Part shown: in pieces, positions 49,501 through 61,799 of the stretch
Numbering within the stretch: position 1 is the first letter of the stretch
How the letters are laid out: every line of letters begins with the position of its first letter
Origin: Mustelus asterias
Lineage: Eukaryota
Length of the DNA stretch: 64,000 bases
Assembly (NCBI RefSeq): GCF_964213995.1
Contig: NC_135808.1
Coordinates: 50,964,001 to 51,028,000, forward strand
Reading direction: 5' to 3'
Position numbers and translations under genes: made by a program
Notes under the pieces: model-generated
Told to the model about the DNA's origin: nothing
Databases searched by the model: none
The model's input: only the letters and a program-made list of their open reading frames with translations

Positions 49501-50460
49501 AGGACGTGGAGGCTTTGGAGAGAGTACAGAGGAGGTTTACCAGGATGTTGCCTGGTATGGAGGGGCTTGGTTATGAGGAGAGATTGGGGAAACTGGGGTT
49601 GTTCTCCTTGGAAAGACGGAGGATGAGGGGAGACTTAATAGAGGTGTATAAAATTATGAAAGGCATAGATAGGGTGAACGGTGGGAAGCTTTTCCCCGGG
49701 TCGGTGGTGACGTTCACGAGGGGTCATAGGTTCAAGGTGAAGGGGGGGAGGTTTAACACAGATATCAGAAGGACATATTTTACACAGAGGGTCGTGGGGA
49801 CCTGGAATGTGTTGCCGGGCAAGGTGGTGGAGGCGGACACACTGGGAACGTTTAAGACTTATCTAGACAGCTATATGAACGGAGTGGGAATGGAGGGATA
49901 CAAAAGGGTGGTCTAGTTTGGACCAGGGAGCGGCGCGGGCTAATTGTTCTTTGTTTCTCGTTTCAAGGCTTCATTCTATGATCATCTTGCTGGTGCCAGT
50001 ACAGAGCGAGACTGCGGATAGTTGGGAACCTGTCTCGGGGGCAGGGAATTCAGATGGTGTTCGTAAAGCAGAAGTGGAAATGAATAGGGTTGGGAAGCAT
50101 TTTCTGATCAGGGCCAGTGTGATCTCCTGGACTCGTTTCGATCGCCTCAGGGGGTCGGAGAGGAATTTCCCAGATTTTTTTTTCCCATATTGGCCCTGGG
50201 GTTTTCACTCTGGGTTTTCGCCTCTCCCTGGAGATCACATGGTCTGGAATGGGGGGGTGGGGGTGAGTTAATAGGTTGTGATGAACAAAGCATCGTAGCT
50301 GTGAGGGACAGCTCGGTGGATAGGATATTAGGATGTAGATAGGCTGGAAAATTGGGCGGGGATCCTGGATTCAGGATTCAATCCTGGACCGGGGAGCGGT
50401 GCGGGCTTGGAGGGCCGAAGGGCCTGTTCCTGTGCTGTATTGTTCTTTGTTCTTTTGTTC
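46549..50460 (+). mobile_element. Near full-length CR1 LINE (ORF1 esterase C-terminus; ORF2 APE-RT with one frameshift near 47460)
   Basis: ORFs 46557-46991, 47033-47509 and 47331-49916 (861 aa); GTTCTTT tail; inserted in a CTGACCTCACTGACCTATCACCC simple repeat. Confidence 0.95.
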
Positions 50461-50556
50461 ACTGACCTATCACCCCTGACCTCACTGTCCTATCACCGCT
50501 GACCTCACTCACATGTTACCCTCACCTCACTGACCTGCTATCCCTGACCTCAGTGA

Positions 50557-50985
50557 CATAGAAACTGGAAGCAGAAGTAGGCCATTCGGCCCTTCAAGCC
50601 TTCTCCACCACTCAGTTTAATCACGGCTGATCATCGAATTCAATATCTTGATCCCCCCTTCCTCCCATAATCCCTTGGTCCCTTTAGCCTCAGGAGCGAT
50701 ATCTAATTTCTTCTTGAATTCAGACAATGTTTTGGCCTCAACTACATTTTGTGGGAGTGAATTCCACACATTGACCACCCTCTGGGTGAAGAAATTTCTC
50801 CTCACCTCAGTTCTAAAAGGTTTACCCCTTATCCTCAAACTATGACCCCTAATTCTGGACTCCATTGGGAACATTCTTTCTGACTCTACCCTGTCTAGCC
50901 CTGTCAGAATGTTATAAGTTGCTATGAGATCCCTTCTCACTCTTCTAAACTCCAGTGAATATAATCCTAACCGACTTAATCTCTC
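50557..50985 (-). mobile_element. CR1 3' fragment
   Basis: RRDLIATYNILTGLDRV...FFTQRVVNVWNSLP. Confidence 0.85.
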
Positions 50986-51519
50986 CTGTCACCCCTGACC
51001 TCACTGCCCTCCAATTCCCTCCATGGCCTCACTCCCCCCTGCCTCAGGACGTCCTGCTGCAGACTCACATTCCCTCCCTCTCCTTCCATCCTCTGACTCT
51101 GCTCTCCTGATGTGGAGATGCCGGCATCTGCTCTCCTGCCCATTGCTGCATCCTTTATCCCACCATTAACAGCAGAGCTTTTAGACGCCCAGGCCCTGCT
51201 CTCTGAACACCCACCTTTAATCCCTCAACCTCTCCAGGTCTCTCTCTTCCATCAAACTCCATCTTTTCACCCAAGTCTCCAATCTCTCTTCCTAAACTCC
51301 TCCCAGCCCCTTCCGCATTCCTCTTACTGCCCCTCTATGAAACATCTTGGGCTGTGTTGTACAATAAGGTGCTATATAAATTCAGATTCTGTGTGGATTT
51401 TGGTTGGGGAACGAATTGGACACAGTGGTGAAGGCTTCTGTAGTCAAATATCCTGCTGACAGGATCCAGACTTCAACACACAGAATGGGGCATTGAGTAA
51501 AATGTGATTTTTGAAAAAT

Positions 51520-53600
51520 GTATTCATGTGATGTGGGCATCGCTGACTAGGCCAGCATTTATTGCCCATGTCTAATTGCCCTTGAGATAGTGATGGTGAG
51601 CTACCTTCTTGAACCATTCCAAACCACGTGGTGTAGGTCCACCCACAGCACTGTTTGGGAGGGAGTTCCAGGATTTTGACCCAGCGACAGTGAAGGAACG
51701 GTGATATATTTCCAAGTTCGGATGGTGAGTGACTTGGAGGGGAACCTCCAGGTGGTGGTGTTCCCAGGGATCTGCTGCTTTTGTCTTTGCAGATGAACTG
51801 GTCAATGGTTTAGAAGGTGCTGCCTCAGGAAACTTGGTGAGTTACTTGCCATATGTCAACCCAGATATTGTCCAGATCTTGCTGCATTTGGACATAGACT
51901 GCTTCAGTATCTGAGGAGTTGTGAATGGTGCTGAACATTGTGCAGTCATCAGCAAACATCCCTATTTTTGACTTTATGATGGAGGGAAGGTCATTGATGA
52001 AGCAGCTGAAGATGGTTGGGTGTAGGACACTACCCTGAGGAACTCCTGCAGTGATGTGTTGGGGCAATTTCACATTGAAACCCTATAACCACAACCATCT
52101 TCCTTTGTGCTGGGTGTGACTCCAACCAGCGGAGAGCTTTCTCCCCGATTCCCATTGATTCCAGTGCTGCTAGGGCTCCTTGATGCCACACTCGGTCAAA
52201 TGCTGCCTTGATGTCAAGGGCAGTCACTCTCACCTCACCTCTGGAGTTCAGCTCTTTTGCCCATGTTTGAACCATGGCTGTAATGAGGTCAGGAGCTGAG
52301 TGACCCTGGCGGAACATAAAGTGAGCATCAGAATTGGCCAGAATAGATTTTGTACATGAGATACCTGGGCAATTTGTGACATTTCCGGGTAGATGCCAGT
52401 GTTATGGCTGTACTGGAACAGCTTGGCAAGTCCTGGAGAACAAATCTTCAGTGCAATTGCTGGAATATTGTCAGGGTCCATAGCCTTTGCAGCATCCAGA
52501 GACTTCAGCTGTTTCTTGATATCATGTGGAGTGAATCGAATTGGGTAAAGACTGACATCGGTGATGCTGGGGACCTCTGGAGGAGGCCGAGATGGATCAT
52601 TCCCTTGGCACTTCTGGCTGAAGATTGTTGCAAATGCTTCAGCCTTGTCTTTTGCACTGATGTTCTGGGTTCCTCCGTCATTGAGGATGGGGATATTTGT
52701 GGAGCCTCCTCCCGCAGTGAGTTGTTTAATTTTCCCCCACCATTCACGGCTGGATGTGGCAGGACTGCAGAGCTTTGATCTGATCCATTGGTTGTGGGAT
52801 GGTTTAGCTCTGTCTATCACTTGCTGCTTCTGCTGTTTGACACAGTCCTGTGTTGAAGCTTCACCAGGTTAACACCTCATTTTTCAGTATGTCTGCTGTT
52901 GCTCCTGCCATGCCCTCCTGCACTCTTCATTGAACCAGGGTTGATCCCCAGGCTGGGTGGTAATGGTAGAGTGGGGGATATGCCGGGCCATGAGGTTACA
53001 GATTGTGGTTGAGTACAATTCTGCTGCTGCTGATGGCCCACAGTGCCTCATGGATGCCCAGTTTTGAGTTGCTAGATCTGTTTGAAATCGATCCCATTTA
53101 GCACGGTGGCAGTGCCACACAACACGATGGAGGGTATCCTCAATGTGAAGATGGGATTTTATCTCCACAAGGACTGTGCGGTGGTCACTCCTACCGATAC
53201 TGTCATGGACAGATGCATCTGCGGCAGGCAGGTTGGTGAGGATGAGGTCGAGTATGTTTCTCCCTCTTGTTGGTTCCCTCCCCACCTGCCGCAGTCCCAG
53301 TCTAGCAGCTATGTCCTTTAGGACCCGGCCAGCTCGGTGTGTGGTGGTGCTACCGAGTAACTCTTGGTGATGGACATTGAAGTCCCCACCCAGAGTACAT
53401 TCTGTGTCCTTGCCACCCTCAGTGCTTCCTCCAAGTGGTTTTCAACATGGAGGAGAACTGATTCATCAGCTGAGAGGATGGTATGTGGTAACCAGAGGAG
53501 GTTTCCTTGTCCGTGTTTGACATGTTACCGAGAGACTACATGGAGTCTGGAATGTTGTTGAGGATTCCCAGGATAACTCCCTCCTGACTGTATCCCACTG
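51520..53600 (-). mobile_element. L2/Crack-like LINE with APE and RT remnants
   Basis: EPTRGRNILDLILTN...[29 protein letters not shown]...FADD. Confidence 0.85.
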
Positions 53601-54019
53601 TGCCTTCTGTGCTGGGAGATTGGAGGTAGTGGACACGGTTCACCATTTTCTCCCGTCTCAGTAACAAACATCCAGCTGCTCTGAGCTCCTTCTTTCACTT
53701 CCTCTGTTGGTTACGTTTCAATCTTCCGATCTGACAGTCTTTGCAGTTATTTTTGACGCTGGGGATTTGTGCTGTGGTCTGAATCTCTAACAATAACTGT
53801 CCAATCAGTGAAAAGAACAGCAGCTCAGAGCAGTCAGGACTGAGGAGCCAGGCTCACTGGGAAACACATTGGGAAGATCAAAGCCATTGGTCTTCAGCTC
53901 CCGATACAAACTCCATCCCTCCCCCTGAGCACTGTCTGCTGCTCAACCAGTCTCTCTACAACATTGGCCTCAGCTTTGACCCCGATCTGATTCCCTTCCA
54001 CCCCAAATCCTCCACATCA

Positions 54020-54750
54020 TAAAGGGAAAGACTCTTAGTACTGTAGAGGATCAGAAGGACCTTGGGGTCCGGGTCCATAGGACTCTGAAATCGGCCCCGC
54101 AGGTGGAGGAGGTGGTTAAGAAGGCGTATGGTGTGCTGGCCTTCATCAATCGAGGGATTGAGTTTAGGAGTCTGGGGATAATGATGCAGCTATATAAGAC
54201 CCTCGTCAGACCCCACTTGGAGTACTGTGCTCAGTTCTGGTCGCCTCATTACAGGAAGGATGTGGAAAAGTTTGAAAGGTTGCAGAGGAGATTTACAAGG
54301 ATGTTGCCTAGATTGAGTGACATGCCTTATGAGGATAGGCTGAGGGAGCTCGGTCTTTTCTCCTTGGAGAGACGTAGGATGAGAGGAGACCTAATAGAGC
54401 TATATAAGATGTTGAGAGGCACAGATCGGGTGAACTCTCAGAGGCTTTTTCCCAGGGTGGAAATGGCTGCTACGAGAGGACACAGGTTTAAGGTGCTGGG
54501 TGGTAGGTACAGGGGAAATGTTCGGGGGAAGTTTTTCACACAGAGGGTGGTGGGCGAGTGGAATCGGCTGCCATCAGTGGTGGTGGAGGCAAACTCAATA
54601 GGGTCTTTTAAGAGACTCCTGGATGAGTACATGGGACTTAATAGGATGGAGGGTTATCGGTAGGCCTAAAAGGTAGGGATATGTTCGGCACAACTTGTGG
54701 GGCCGAAGGGCCTGTTTTGTGCTGTAGCTTTTCTATGTTTCTATGTTTCT
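54020..54750 (+). mobile_element. 5'-truncated CR1 LINE
   Basis: ORF 54103-54663 and (TTTCTATG)n tail; same subfamily as 60170-60728. Confidence 0.9.
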
Positions 54751-55974
54751 ATCACAAAGATTACTCTGCTCCCTCTTTCTTCGGTTGAAAGTGGATGTTT
54801 TCACACTTTCCACATTGAACTCCATCTTCCATTGTCTTCAGACCCCATCACAAACTCTGTTCCCTCAACACTGATTCCATCCCTTCCCCATTGGAGTGTC
54901 TGACACTGAACCACACACTCCACAGCCATGGTGTCCTATTTGACCCTGAGATGAGCTTCCCACCACATCATCCACTCCATCACTAAGACCACCTAGTTCC
55001 ACCTCAGTAACATCTCCCGAGTCCCCCCTGCCTCACATCATCTGCTGCTGAAAATCTCATCCGTGTCTTTGTTACCTCTGAACGTTACTATTCCAATGCT
55101 GTCCTGGCCGACCTCACACCCACCACCCTCCGTTATCATCAGCTCACCCAGAACTCTGCTGCCCAGATCTGAACTCACACCAAATCCCGTTCACCCGTCA
55201 CCCCCTGTGTTCACTGACCTACACTGACCCCCGGTCCAGCCATGCCCCGATTTTAACATTCTCATCCTGCCTCTCAAATCCCTCCCTATCCTGCACCCTC
55301 CCTATCTCTGTAACCTCCTCTAAGCTGCCTAACTTAGTGTGCTCAGTAATCTTGGATATGTGTCTCTCTATTCCTTCATCCAAGTCATTGACAAATATAG
55401 TGAAAAGCTGAGGCTTCAGCACAGATCCCTGGGGACATCACTATTCACAGCTTGCTGATTGGAATACACACACATTATCCCTACTCTCTGTCTCCTATCT
55501 CCGAACCAATTCCTTATCTATGGCAAAATCTTTCCTCAAATTCCATACACTTCCATTTTTATTCACAGCCTCTCGTGTGGAACCTTCTCGAATGTCTTCT
55601 GGAAATGCATAGAAATAACATCCAGAGACATTCCCTGATCAAGCACATTAATGAGCTCATTAACAAATGTAAGCAGCTTAGTTAAACATGTCTGATTCTT
55701 TTGAAAACCATGTTGACTCTCTCTGATCAGTTCATGTTTCTCACTCATTCTGTCTCTAATAAAACATTCCAGTCACTTCCCCATAACGCATATTAAACTG
55801 AGCTGTTCGTTGCGAATTACTCTAGTAAAACAGCTAGTACAGACATGAGGGGCTGTATGGCCTCCTCCTGTGTTATAGATTATCTGCCTCCTTGACTGAA
55901 ACATCTGGATAGGAATAGGAGGTGGGCTGGAGGTTAAACAATGAGTTGAAGGTAGAAAGAGTGCCATTAGTGGG

Positions 55975-56490
55975 TCACACTACCAGAAGGGCATGATTGC
56001 ACTGGAGAGGCTGCAGAGGAGAATCACCAGGATGTTGACTGGGATGGAACGTTTCAGCAATGAGGAGAGACTGGATAGGCTGGATTTGTTTTCCCTGGAG
56101 CAGAGGAGGCTGAGAGGGGATCTGATAGAGGTTTACAAAATTACAAAAAAAGGTACGGACAGGGTAGATCATAAGAGACTTTTCCCCATGGCACAGGTGT
56201 CTAAGCGCAGAGGGCATAGGTTTAAGGTGAGGAGGAAGTGGTTTAGAGGAGATCTGAGAAAGAATTTTTCACCCAGAGGGTGGTGGAAATATGGAACGCG
56301 CTGCCTGAGAGGGTGGTGGAGGCAGGAACTCTCGCTACATTTAAGAAGCATCTGGACAAGCACTTCAATCACCAAGGCAGAGTAACTATGGACCAAGTGC
56401 TGGTAAATGGGATTAGTATAGATTGGTATTGGATGGTCAGCATAGACATGGTGGGCCGAAGGGCCTGTTTCTGTGCTGTGTGACTGTATG
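55975..56490 (+). mobile_element. CR1 3' fragment
   Basis: ALERLQRRITRML...RRLRGDLIEVYKI. Confidence 0.85.
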
Positions 56491-56494
56491 ACGC

Positions 56495-58664
56495 TATATG
56501 GAGTTGGAGCAGTTCTATCCCATAGACTGGCAGATGGGACGGAGAGGCTAAATTCATTTGCTTTGAGGACTTTGTCAGACGTTGAGAAAATGTACTCACA
56601 AATCGACAAAGAAAGCCGAGCAGTTATCTACACAGTGAGGAATTTCACCAATACGTCTATGGGCGGCATTTCACCATCGTGTCAGACCGTAAGCCATTGT
56701 TGGGGCTTTTCCGGGAGGATAAGCCAGTGCCACCTATTGCCTCTGCCAGGGGGCAGAGATGGGCATTGCTACTGGCAATAAACAGCTAAACCTTCCAGCA
56801 TAGGCCAGGAACACAGCTCTCAAATGCAGATGCATTGAGCCGCCTGCCGCTACCCCAGACCATACCGTCACCGCCTGTTCCACAGGAGATAGTATTGGCT
56901 CTGCATTATTTGGTCACCCTGCCTGTCTCAGCAGCCCACACTCAGACGTGGACAGATAGGGAGCCGGTGTTAGCAAAGGGCAAGAAAATGGTACTGACCG
57001 GGTGGCACTTGGACAAGGCAGAGCAAATGAAGCTGTATTTACATTGCAGGGACCAGATATCCTGCGAAGATGGGGTGCTATTGTGAGGGGTCTGTGTCAG
57101 CGTACCACCCACTGGGCAATGGCCATTGCTCCAAGAGTCACATGATGCCCATCGTGGCCAGAGCAGAATGAAAGTGTTGGCCAGAAGTTATGTCTGGTGG
57201 CCTGGCATTGACAGAGACATTGAACAAACGGTTGGGCAGTGAGAGAGTGTCCGACTCAGCAAGCGTTACCTCCACCTGTAAACATGCTCCCTTGGGATTG
57301 TCCGGGCTGTCCGTGGTCACGGCTTCATGTAGATTTGGCTGGACATTTTTTGGGGGCAGATGTTCCTGATGTTAGTCGATGCCCATTCCAAGTGGCTGGA
57401 CGATCAGCTCATGAGACCCATCACAGCTCCATTTACCATCGATAAACTGAGGCAGATCTTTGTGATCCATGGTCTTCCTGAAGCGTTGCTATCAGACAGC
57501 GGAGCAGCATTCACGCTGATGAATTTCAGACTTTGGTCAAGTTTAATGACATTTGTCCTGTCAGGTCAGCCCCCGACCATCCTGCCTCGAATGGGTTGGT
57601 GGAGCGAGCCATGCTGACGTTCAAGGCTCCATGTGAAGAAGGCTCATAGGCCGTTACCATTGCGATTGGGCAGTTATTTGCTGTCCTATAACACTACACC
57701 TCACGCCATCACTGGGGTCATGCCGAGGTCACACCTGCAGAGTTGTTAATGGGTCGGTGCCTGTGTACCTGTTTAGATTAAGTGTCTCCAAATTTGTCGG
57801 GGAGGGTGGAGGCTCGGCAAGCCTCTCAGAAACCGTATCGTGACTCTCAGAAAGGGGACGGATTGTTTAATGATGGCGACCTCATGTTGAGAGGGAATTT
57901 GGGTGGCGGACCCGCCTGGGTACCAGGGAGAGTTGTGGAGAAGACGGGACCAGTCTCATATTTGGGGGAGACACAGGGCCGTTGAGTTAAGGAGCATGTT
58001 GGCCACCTACGCAAGAGAGTAGAGCCAGTTCCAGGAGCTGAGCAAGTGGGCCCTGTATCCAGTTTGTGTGTACCAGCCTCTGAACAAGACAGCTCCATGT
58101 CCATGGTGAGGCCAAGGCAGCCTCTGGCTTGGGTGGGTGAGTCAGAGGAAGGGGCCGTCCAGGGCCGAGCTCCAGAGGTGGTTAGTACATCCACCCCATC
58201 AGTGGATCCCGTGTCGATGGCTGCTGAAGAGCCCCGACAGAGTTGCAGCGTTCCGCAAGGTTCCGGAAATCTCTGGACCAGCTGACATTATGAACTGTTT
58301 TTCCCTGGTGTCCCTTCTGTAATATTGATGTTTCTCTGCCTATATGTTAACTGTTTTACTTTGTGTTTTATCATAGGGAGTCCAAGATGTTGCGGGGGAA
58401 GGAGTGTGTGAGCCTGGCCCCTTTAAGGGGCAATCCTTCACGGGCCACATGACCAAGCCGGAGCCAATGGAGTGCGAGGGTGTGATCCTGGGCCAATCGG
58501 GAGTGAGGGTGATCATTCCTGGGGCTGGAGGCTTCAGTTGGAGTCAGGATGTTGTTGGGAGTAGACCTGTATCGTTGTGCTGTTAAACCCTTCATTGTAA
58601 ATAGTCCTCATCAATAAAGCCTTTAGTTAGTTATTTCCAAATCGAGTCTCCTCCAGTTATTACA
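56495..58664 (+). mobile_element. Decayed Ty3/gypsy element of an unrelated lineage (RNase H, integrase, probable 3' LTR 58388-58664)
   Basis: YGVGAVLSH...YSQIDKE, WWPGIDRDIE, PWSRLHVDLAG, VDAHSKW...SDSG, GPVSY; TGTT...TACA LTR with AATAAA. Confidence 0.8.
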
Positions 58665-58989
58665 ATGAGCATCTGCACCACTTTGGACAGCAACAGCTCT
58701 CTGATAACAGCAAATACACAGACTAACTATTAAACTGTAACAGTTTCACCAGCTGCTGTCACCCTCCCTACTTCCCTCCATTTATTCTGCATTCTCACCA
58801 TCTCCCCTCGATTTCTTGCTGAATCCTCCAGTTTCCTAGTCTTTCCTGTGGCCAGGTTCACCTGCCCCCTTCCCCTTGGGATTGTTCGATTGCTTTGTTC
58901 CATCAACTTTCTGGTTGTGGTCAGGGTTCTCTCCACTGCTCCCCGAGACATTCGGTCTGGGGCAGCGTCGATGTTTAACATTGTAGGAA

Positions 58990-60728
58990 GGGACTAAAGA
59001 AGGAAATTAGGAGAGCCAGAAGGGGTCACGAGAAGGCCTCGGCAGGTAGGATTAAGGAGAACCCTAAGGCGTTCTATAAATATGTGAAAAGTAAAAGGAT
59101 GAGACGTGAAGGAATAGGGCCTATAAAAGGTGAAGGTGGGAATATCTGTACGGAACCAGTAGAAATGGCAGAGGTGCTTAATGAGTATTTTGCCTCGGTT
59201 TTCACAGAGGAGAAGGACCTGGGTGGATGTACTGTGGGCTTGCGGTGGACTGAAAGGATTGAGTATGTGGACTTTAACAAAGAGGTTGTGCTGGAATCTT
59301 TGAATGGCATCAAGATAGATAGGTCGCTGGGTCCGGATGGGATGTACCCCAGGTTACTGTGGGAGGCGAGGGAAGAGATTGCAGAGCCTCTGGCGATGAT
59401 CTTTGCGTCGTCGATGGAGACGGGAGAGGTGCCGGAGGATTGGAGGATTGCGGGTGTGGTTCCTATTTTCAAGAAGGGGAATGGGGATAGCTCAGGAAAT
59501 TACCGACCGGTGAGTCTAACCTCAGTGGTTGGTAAGCTGATGGAGAGGATCCTGAGGGACAAGATTTATGAGCATTTAGAGAGGTTTAGTATGCTCAAGA
59601 ATACTCAGCATGGCTTTGTCAAAGGCAGATTGTGCCTTATGAGCCTGGTGGAGTTCTTCGAAAATGTGACTAAACACATTGACGAAGGGAAAGCGGTAGA
59701 TGTGGTTTACATGGATTTTAGCAAGGCGCTCGATAAGGTCCCCCATGCAAGGCTTCCAGAAAAAGTGAGAGGGCATGGGATCCAAGGGGCTGCTGCCCTG
59801 TGGATCCAGAACTGGCTTGCCCAAAGGAGGCAGAGAGTGTGTATAGATGGGTCTTTTTCTAAATGGAGGTCGGTCACCAGTGGTGTGCCCCAGGGATCTG
59901 TTCTGGGACCCTTGCTGTTTGTCATTTTCATAAATGACCTGGATGAGGAAGTGGAGGGATGGGTTGGTAAGTTTGTCGACGACACGAAGGTTAGTGGGGT
60001 TGTGGATAGTCTGGAGGGATGTCAGAAGTTACAGAGGGACATAGATAGGATGCAAGACTGGACGGAGAAGTGGCAGATGGACTTCAACCCAGATAAATGC
60101 GTCGTGGTCCATTTTGGCAGGTCAAATGGGATGAAGGAGTACAATATAAAGGGAATATAAAGGGAAAGACGCTAAGACCCTCGTCAGACCCCACTTGGAG
60201 TACTGTGCTCAGTTCTGGTTAGCTCATTACAGGAAGGATGTGCAAAAGATTGAAAGGGTGCAGAGGCGATTCACAAGGATATTGCCTGGATTGAGTGGCA
60301 TGCCTTATGAGGATAGGCTGAGGGAGCTCGGTCTTTTCTCCTTGGAGAGACGTAGGATGAGAGGAGACCTAATAGAGGTATATAAGATGTTGAGAGGCAT
60401 AGATCGGGTGGACTCTCAGAGGCTTTTTCCCAGGGTGGAAATGGCTGCTACGAGAGGACACAGGTTTAAGGTGCTGGGGTGTAGATACAAGGGAAATGTT
60501 AGGGGGAAGTTTTTCACACAGAGGGTCGTAGGCGAGTGGAATCGGCTGCCGTCAGTGGTGGTGGAGGCAAACTCAGTCGGGTCTTTTAAGAGACTCCTGG
60601 ATGAGTACATGGGACTTAATAGGATGGAGGGTTATAGGTAGGCCTAAAAGGTAGGGATTGTTTAGGCACAACTTGTGGGGCCGAAGGGCCTGTTTTGTGC
60701 TGTAGTTTTCTATGTTTCTATGTTTCTA
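58990..60728 (+). mobile_element. CR1 LINE ORF2, 5'-truncated, with an internal deletion
   Basis: ORFs 59084-60160 and 60195-60641; (TTTCTATG)n tail. Confidence 0.92.
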
Positions 60729-61003
60729 ATTCCAGCTTCGGGGACTGTCTGTGTGGAGTTTGCACATTCTCCCGGTGTCTGTGTGGGTTTCCTCCGAGTG
60801 CTCCGGTTTCCTCCAACACTCCAAAGATGTGCAGGTTAGGTTGATTGGCCAAGCTAAATTGACCATGAGTGTCCCAAGATGTGTAGGTTAGAGGGATTAG
60901 CAGGGTGAATAAATGGGGTTATGGGGATAGGGGCTGGGGAGGATTGTTGTCGGTGCAGATTAGCTGGGTCGATTGGCCTCCTTCTGCACTGTCGGGGTTC
61001 TAT
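60729..61003 (+). mobile_element. HE1/V-SINE-like SINE, head missing
   Basis: GTGGAGTTTGCACATTCTCCC...TCCAAAGATGTGCAGGTTAGG body. Confidence 0.8.
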
Positions 61004-61799
61004 GAGGTAGAAAGCAATCTCCTGTGAGAATGCAGCAGTGTGTAGGGGAGGTTTGGACTGTCTTGAAAGCCCCTTCAAGAGGTTTAAGGGAAACACAATG
61101 GCAGAATTGTTACTGATGGGTTTCAGGGTATTCCAGGGGTAGATGATGTAATGCTGTGATTCAGAACCACATTCTCATATTGTCACTAACGGTTCTATTC
61201 CAGCCCTGAACGAGATATCTCTGGGATCCTTCCCTGCTGCAACGACACTCTCATTTTCACTGACAGGAATTTGAATTTCTATCCCTTTGCCCCTGATATG
61301 TTCCGTCATTATCTTCCTGTGATAAACTGATCAGAAATGTGATTGTGTTTCTCCCAGCTCCTGTCACGGGCTGTGTAACTACTAATTCCTGTCAGTTTTC
61401 CTGTACATTGATAATATGGAATTTCTCCACAGTCTGATGTGTGTGTGGAGGCACCGTACTAAATCTTATATCTTCAATATCTGTCCTAACATTATCTATC
61501 AATTCCTGAGACAACATGTCCCATCCCCTCCCTTCAGACTGTGAGTCAGTCATATTAATGAGTTGGAACCCCTCTGGTCTACTGTCCCCCTGAAGTTGTA
61601 TGTCTGACACTGAATTCACTTCCTGCTCTGTCACTCACACTCCTCCTGACTCTTTTCTTACCCAGGGGGCACAAGTGTGGTCACTTTTCTGTAGCCCCAT
61701 CAGCCAATAAGGTCAGGACGAGGCTGGTCAAATTGTCGCTCACCTCCAGGCTCCCGATTGGAACATCCTGGTCCTTGCCATCATTGGGGCGGAGGGGGG

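Noticed and set aside
61004-61799. Unique-looking sequence as a possible further Ig segment
   Set aside because: No RSS, J motif, leader or Ig-domain translation found on either strand by eye.
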